DNA from: an uncultured Chloroflexia bacterium
GTDB lineage: Bacteria; Chloroflexota; Anaerolineae; JAAYZQ01
NCBI GenBank assembly: GCA_963700285.1
Contig: CAVOXA010000009.1
Location: 224,001 to 288,000 of the forward strand
DNA: 64,000 bases
Reading direction: 5' to 3'
Below are positions 59,214 through 64,000 of this stretch, piece by piece; position 1 is the first letter of the stretch, and every line of letters begins with the position of its first letter. Under the pieces are notes generated by a model, which was not told where the DNA came from, made no database searches, and was given only the letters and a program-made list of their open reading frames with translations. A program made the position numbers and the translations under genes.

Positions 59214-61081
59214 TTGGAACCAAAGATACTCACCGGAAGCGAAGCGTTGGCCATGGGCGCGCTGCGCGCCGGGGTGAAGGTCGTGACAGGCTACCCCGGC
59301 ACGCCATCTACCGGAGCCATTGACCAGCCTGCTCAAGATGGACTTGCCGGACCGCCACGTGGAGTGGAGTACCAACGAAAAGGTAGCCTTTGAGATTGCC
59401 GCCGGGGCGGCTTGGGCCGGCCAGCGGGCAATGTGTACCATGAAGATGTCGGGGGTCAACGTGGCCTACGACTCACTGATCTCCATCGCCTATTCCGGCG
59501 TCAATGGCGGTCTGGTAATCTATGTAGCCGACGATCCTGGCGTGAGCGCGGGTATGTGCGAGCAGGATACGCGCGGTTTCGCGCTTATGAGCGACCTGCC
59601 CATCCTAGAACCGGCCACGGTGGCAGAGGCCTACGAGTTGGTCCCGGTGGCCTTTGATCTCTCCGAGCAGACCGGCACCCCGGTCTTTGTCCGCTTGGTG
59701 ACGGCGCTGGCCAACTCATACGCGTCCGTGACCGTGGAGGAGCCCCTGCCTCCCGCCCTTCGCGAGCCGATTCTTGAGCGCGACATCGCCAAGTACACCA
59801 AGGCTGGTTCGCTCATCTGCCTGAACCAGCACCGCGACCTGATAGCACGCCTGGCAAAGTCGGCGGCAATCATCGAGCAGATGGGCATCAACCGGCTGCG
59901 CCTCGCGGAAAATGCTGGTGGGTTGGGCGTCGTGGCCGCTGGGGTGGTCAACTCCTACCTGGAAGAGGGTTTTGAGGTTACGGCCGAGTATGGTTCTGAC
60001 CGCGAGGCTGTCTCGGTACTAGAGGTCCGGGCCAGCCACCCGTTCCCGGCTCGTCAGGTGCAAGAGCTTCTGGCCCACTGTGGCGTCATCCTGGTACTGG
60101 AGGAGCTAGAGCCGTACCTGGAGCAGGGTGTGATCATGGAAGCCCAGCGGGCTGGCTTTGAAGGGCGTGTCGTGGGCAAGCTGGATGGGCCACTCAGCCG
60201 ACTGGGCGAATACGGCCTCAAGCAGGTAGTGGAGGGGCTGGCGGAGGCGCTGGATCTCTCGATCCCGCCAGGCCTGTTCCAGGGAAGCATAGAGGCGGAG
60301 ACCCTGGCCGCCGCCCGGCCCATCACCGTCTGCGCCGGATGCCCGCACCGCGGAACCTACCTGGCCATCAACCGGGCCTTGAGAAGACTGCGGTTCAAAA
60401 AGGACGAGGTGATGGTGACCGGCGACATCGGCTGCACCATCCTGGGTATGAACCCGCCCTTTGACACGGTCTGGAACGAGGTCTCGATGGGGGCCAGCAT
60501 CAGCCTGGCCCAGGGCTATGTCCACGGCGGCGTCGAGACCCCGGTCATTGCCACCATCGGCGATTCTACCTTCTTCCATGGCGGCATCCCGGGGCTGATC
60601 AACGCTGTGCAACACCAGGTTCCACTGACCCTCATCATCATGGACAACGGCTGGACGGCCATGACCGGTATGCAGGTCAACCCCGGTACGGCCGGTGCAT
60701 TCCAGTCTGGCGGGCAACAGGTGGATATCGCCAGGATCATCCCGGCGCTGGGCGTTGAGCACTTTTTTGAGATCGACCCCTTTGACCTGGCTGGCTCCGC
60801 AGCGGCGATCCAGGAGGCCCTGACCCTGCCCAGGGTCAAGGTGATACTGGCCCGGCAGGAGTGCGCTATCCAGTCCGTCCGGCACGGCGACCAGGCCGGC
60901 CTTGTCCAGGTCGATGCCGAAAAGTGCAACCTGTGCAAGCTGTGCATCATCCAGACCGGCTGTCCGGCTATTGATATCGGTCGAAGATACCATCGTGATC
61001 GATCCCAGCCTGTGCGACGGCTGCGGGCTGTGTGCGGAGGTATGTAACTTGGACGCCATCGTGAAAGAGCCAGCGCCATGA
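59214..61081 (+). CDS. iorA: Indolepyruvate:ferredoxin oxidoreductase alpha subunit; frameshifts near 59320 and 60985
   Basis: TTG start with GGAGG; [21 protein letters not shown]....[32 protein letters not shown]-terminal 2x[4Fe-4S]. Confidence 0.9.
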
Positions 61082-61664
61082 AATTCGACCTGTATCTGGT
61101 TGGGGTAGGCGGCCAGGGTGTCCTGACCATCGGTGACGTCATCACGGAAGCGGCGCTGGGCTCGGGGATTCCAGCCAACTTTTATCCGACCAAAGGGATG
61201 GCCCAGCGCGGCGGTTTTGTCAAGGCTCAGGTGCGGTTGGGCCGCGCGATGGTGGGACCGCAGATCCCCGAGAAGGGCGCGGACCTGGCCATTGCCATGG
61301 AGCTTTCAGAATCGCTGCGGGCGGTGCGCTTTGTCAGGCCCGGCGGCGAATTTGCTGCTCTTTGGGCACGTGTGGCAGCCCACAGCCGTCATGCTGGACA
61401 AGGCGCCCTATCCTGGCCTGGAGGCCGTCGAGGAACAGGCAGCGGCCGCGGAGATCAGTCCTTCACTACCTTGACCCGGCGGGCGTACCGGTGCTCGATG
61501 GAAGGCCCGTCCCGGCCAATGTGTACGTGTTGGGCGCTGCCCTGGGCTTGACACGCCTGGGAAATGTGCTGGACCCCGCCGCGGTGGAGGAACTGGTCGT
61601 CTCCCGCTGGAAACGCGGCGTGGAAGCCAACCGGCTGGCATTCCGGGCCGGGCTAGAGGCTTAG
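61078..61664 (+). CDS. iorB: Indolepyruvate:ferredoxin oxidoreductase beta subunit; frameshifts near 61355 and 61455
   Basis: VGVGGQG, GMAQRGG, AD...A.E..E..R, ANVYVLGA, N..AF.AG. Confidence 0.88.
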
Positions 61665-63723
61665 ATGGGCCTGCAGAGTCTGTTCTACCCGCGCGGGGTG
61701 GCCGTCATCGGATCTACGTCCCTGGGAAAACTGGGCTACCAGCTCATCCGCCAGTTGCAGGACGGTGGCTATCGGGCCGTGTACGCGGTGAACCCGACGG
61801 GCAAAGGGCTACCCGCAGACCAGGACCAGGCTGCCGTGCCAGGCTTTGCATCCATGATACAGATCGGCCCGCCCGTGGACCTGGCGGTGATCGTCTCTCC
61901 TACAAGTACCGTGCCGGCTGTGCTGGAGGATTGTGGTCGGGCGGGGATCAAGGCGGCCGTCATTATCACGGCCGGCTTCTCCGAGGTAGGCAATCACGCC
62001 GGAGAGGCGGAGGTGGCGCGTGTGGCACGGCAGTACGACATCCGCTTCGTAGGCCCCAACTGCGCTGGCATTGTCAACACGCTTCACAAGCTGACCCCCA
62101 CACTGGAGACCCTGCCGCCTGCTGGGAAGTGTATCGCTTATCGCCCAGAGCGGTGCCGTGGGTGGTGTGGTATTGGCCTGGGCCAAGGAATTCGGACTGG
62201 GCATCTCCAAGTTTGTGAGCTATGGCAACGGGGCGGACCTGCGCGAAGTCGAGTTGTTGCGCTACCTGGCCGGCGATCCGGACACGGACGTGGTGGCGCT
62301 GTACATCGAGAGCGTCAGCGACGGTCGAGCGTTCATGGAGGCAGCCCAGTACTGTACCCGGCACAAGCCCCTGCTGGTTATCAAATCCGGCCGGACCGAA
62401 TCGGGGCAGCGGGCGACCCTGTCCCATACCGGCTCGATGGCTGGTGCGGATGCGGTGTACGATGCGGCGCTGCAGCAGTGTGGGGCCATCCGTGTGCAAA
62501 CAGTGGAGGAGCTGTTTGACGCTTGCAAGGCCTTCAGCGTTCTGCCGCCGCTGGATGGCGACCGGGTTGTTATTGTGACCAATTCTGGCGGTCCGGGGGT
62601 GATGGCGGCGGATTGGGCGGAGGAGATTGGGCTGGACGTGGCCGAACCGAGTTCGATGGGCCAAGCTCGGCTTGCCGAGTTCCTGCCCCCCCACTGCGCC
62701 TTCAAGAATCCGGTGGACCTGACCGTCGAGGGCACCGAAGACGGCTATCGCCGGGCGCTATTGGCCCTGCTCGAAGAATATGACGCCGCGCTGGCCCTGA
62801 ATATCGCCCCGGCCTACCTTGACTCGGTGTCGCTGGCGCGTGGCGTCTGCGACGCGGCCAAAGGGAGCGGGAAGCCGGTCGCGGCGGCCTTTTTGCCTGC
62901 CCAGATCGTCAAGGATGCGCTGCCCTACCTGGAATCGCGGGGGATTCCCAGTTTTGCCACTGGAGAGCGGGCGGTGAGCGCGCTTGGTCACATGGCCCGT
63001 CACCAGGCCCGGCAGAAGGCTTGGCGGCAACCGCCAAGCCCTGACCCCGAACAACAGATCCCCGGACTCCTTCCTGGCTCGGTGCAGATGTTGGAACACG
63101 AGGCGATGGACTGGCTGAAGGCCAATGGGTTCCCCGTCCCGGACTATTGCTTTGCAGCCACGGCGGAAGGTGCTCTCCAGGGATGCCGCGAGATCGGTTA
63201 CCCGGTGGTGATGAAGGTCGTTTCGCCTGATATCCTGCACAAATCCGACGTGGGTGGGGTGGTCTTGCATGTCCAGGATGGCGCCGCGGCGGAAGCTGCG
63301 TTCTCCCGACTGCGCGACGCGGCCGCCGGCAAGGATTTTCGCGGCGTTGTCATCTACCCCATGCTCCAGGGGGCGCAGGAAGTCCTGCTGGGCCTTTCAA
63401 GGGACCCCCAGTTCGGCCCGGTAGTGGCCTGTGGCCTGGGCGGCGTCTATACCGAAGTCTGGCAGGATATCGCGTTGCGGGTGGCGCCGGTGGATACTCA
63501 GGAGGCCGGAGACATGATCAGAGAGCTCAAGTCGTTGCCCCTGCTTCAGGGTACGCGCGGCAAGCTTCCCTGCGACTTGGGTGCCCTGGCCGGCGTACTG
63601 GCCGAATTCTCTCAACTACCCTTCCGCTACCCGGATATCAGTGAGGTCGATCTCAACCCGGTCTTTGTCTTCCCCGAAGGGATTGTGGTGGGAGACGTAC
63701 GAATCATCAACAGGAGCAAGTGA
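61665..63723 (+). CDS. ADP-forming acyl-CoA synthetase (fused alpha/beta); frameshift near 62130
   Basis: P..VAVIGS, ITAGFSE, GPNC.G, QSGA, S.GN.ADL, K.GRT..G..A..SHTGS, TNSGGPG, NPVDL, HKSDVGGV, DPQFGP, DLNP. Confidence 0.9.
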
Positions 63724-63725
63724 CT

Positions 63726-64000
63726 ATGGCATCCAAGGTCAAACCCCAACCAGGATTGAAGAACTTGCGACCCTACGTACCCGGTACACCCATAGAGGAT
63801 GTTCAGCGCCAGTATGGCCTCAAGGATGTCATCAAGCTGGCATCCAATGAAAACCCCTTTGGCTCCTCGCCCAAGGCCCTCGAAGCGATCCGCCAGGCGC
63901 TGCCCCGGCTCAACCAATACCCTGACTCCGGATGCCATGCACTCCGCCACGCCCTGGCAACAGCCCTCCAGGTGGATCCAAAACAGCTTGTCGTCGGCAA
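63726..64000 (+). CDS. hisC: HisC-family (histidinol-phosphate/aromatic amino acid) aminotransferase, 5' part
   Basis: Not in ORF track. Read manually: MASKVKPQPGLKNLRPYVPGTPIEDVQRQYGLKDVIKLASNENPFG.SPKA...YPD...LR..LA....V....LVVG, open to the window end. Confidence 0.85.
   Translation, partial: MASKVKPQPGLKNLRPYVPGTPIEDVQRQYGLKDVIKLASNENPFGSSPKALEAIRQALPRLNQYPDSGCHALRHALATALQVDPKQLVVG

Noticed and set aside
50402-61178. Long antisense ORFs (for example 50402-51631, 55291-56298, 57796-58944, 60106-61059)
   Set aside because: These are shadow ORFs opposite well-supported genes, expected with high-GC codon bias.
10720-62200. Numerous frameshifts (hydrogenase, binding protein, glutamate-synthase-like genes, helicase, XDH, IOR, ACS) as pseudogenes or programmed frameshifts
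   Set aside because: They are single-base indels spread over unrelated genes whose catalytic motifs are intact, without shared slippery sites. This pattern fits long-read consensus error; read polishing would decide.

Overview
GC-rich bacterial window, most consistent with an anaerobic Chloroflexota (Anaerolineae-like) genome. This is inferred from gene content and a C-terminal 'YLYLPLVVR' motif. Many genes are broken by single-base indels clustered at about 10.7-13.6, 38.8-42, 43.2-45.7 and 50-62 kb, which look like long-read consensus errors rather than pseudogenes. Main blocks: (1) rhodanese/YgaP/NarL two-component region and a DUF2318 + ABC system; (2) ECF sigma/anti-sigma followed by a Tat-exported group 1 [NiFe]-hydrogenase, hypC and a multiheme cytochrome c; (3) peptide-type ABC importer + APH-type kinase + nucleotidyltransferase + flippase + HprK-like kinase + GT-C-like operon; (4) GAF histidine kinase/ANTAR regulator upstream of an attenuated, rearranged glutamate-synthase-like operon; (5) DUF1998 helicase; (6) an IclR-linked catabolic operon. 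Two candidates stand out. First, an in-frame TGA with a SECIS-like hairpin sits at the second (Ni-Fe bridging) cysteine of the hydrogenase N-terminal CxxC, not at the canonical [NiFeSe] site. Second, an operon (HisC-type aminotransferase, IorAB, ADP-forming acyl-CoA synthetase, two Mo-hydroxylases, hydantoinase, aspartate carbamoyltransferase) has an enzyme set that fits an inferred O2-independent route histidine -> imidazole-acetate -> hydantoin-5-acetate -> carbamoyl-aspartate. No rRNA, tRNA, CRISPR array or transposase was recognised.
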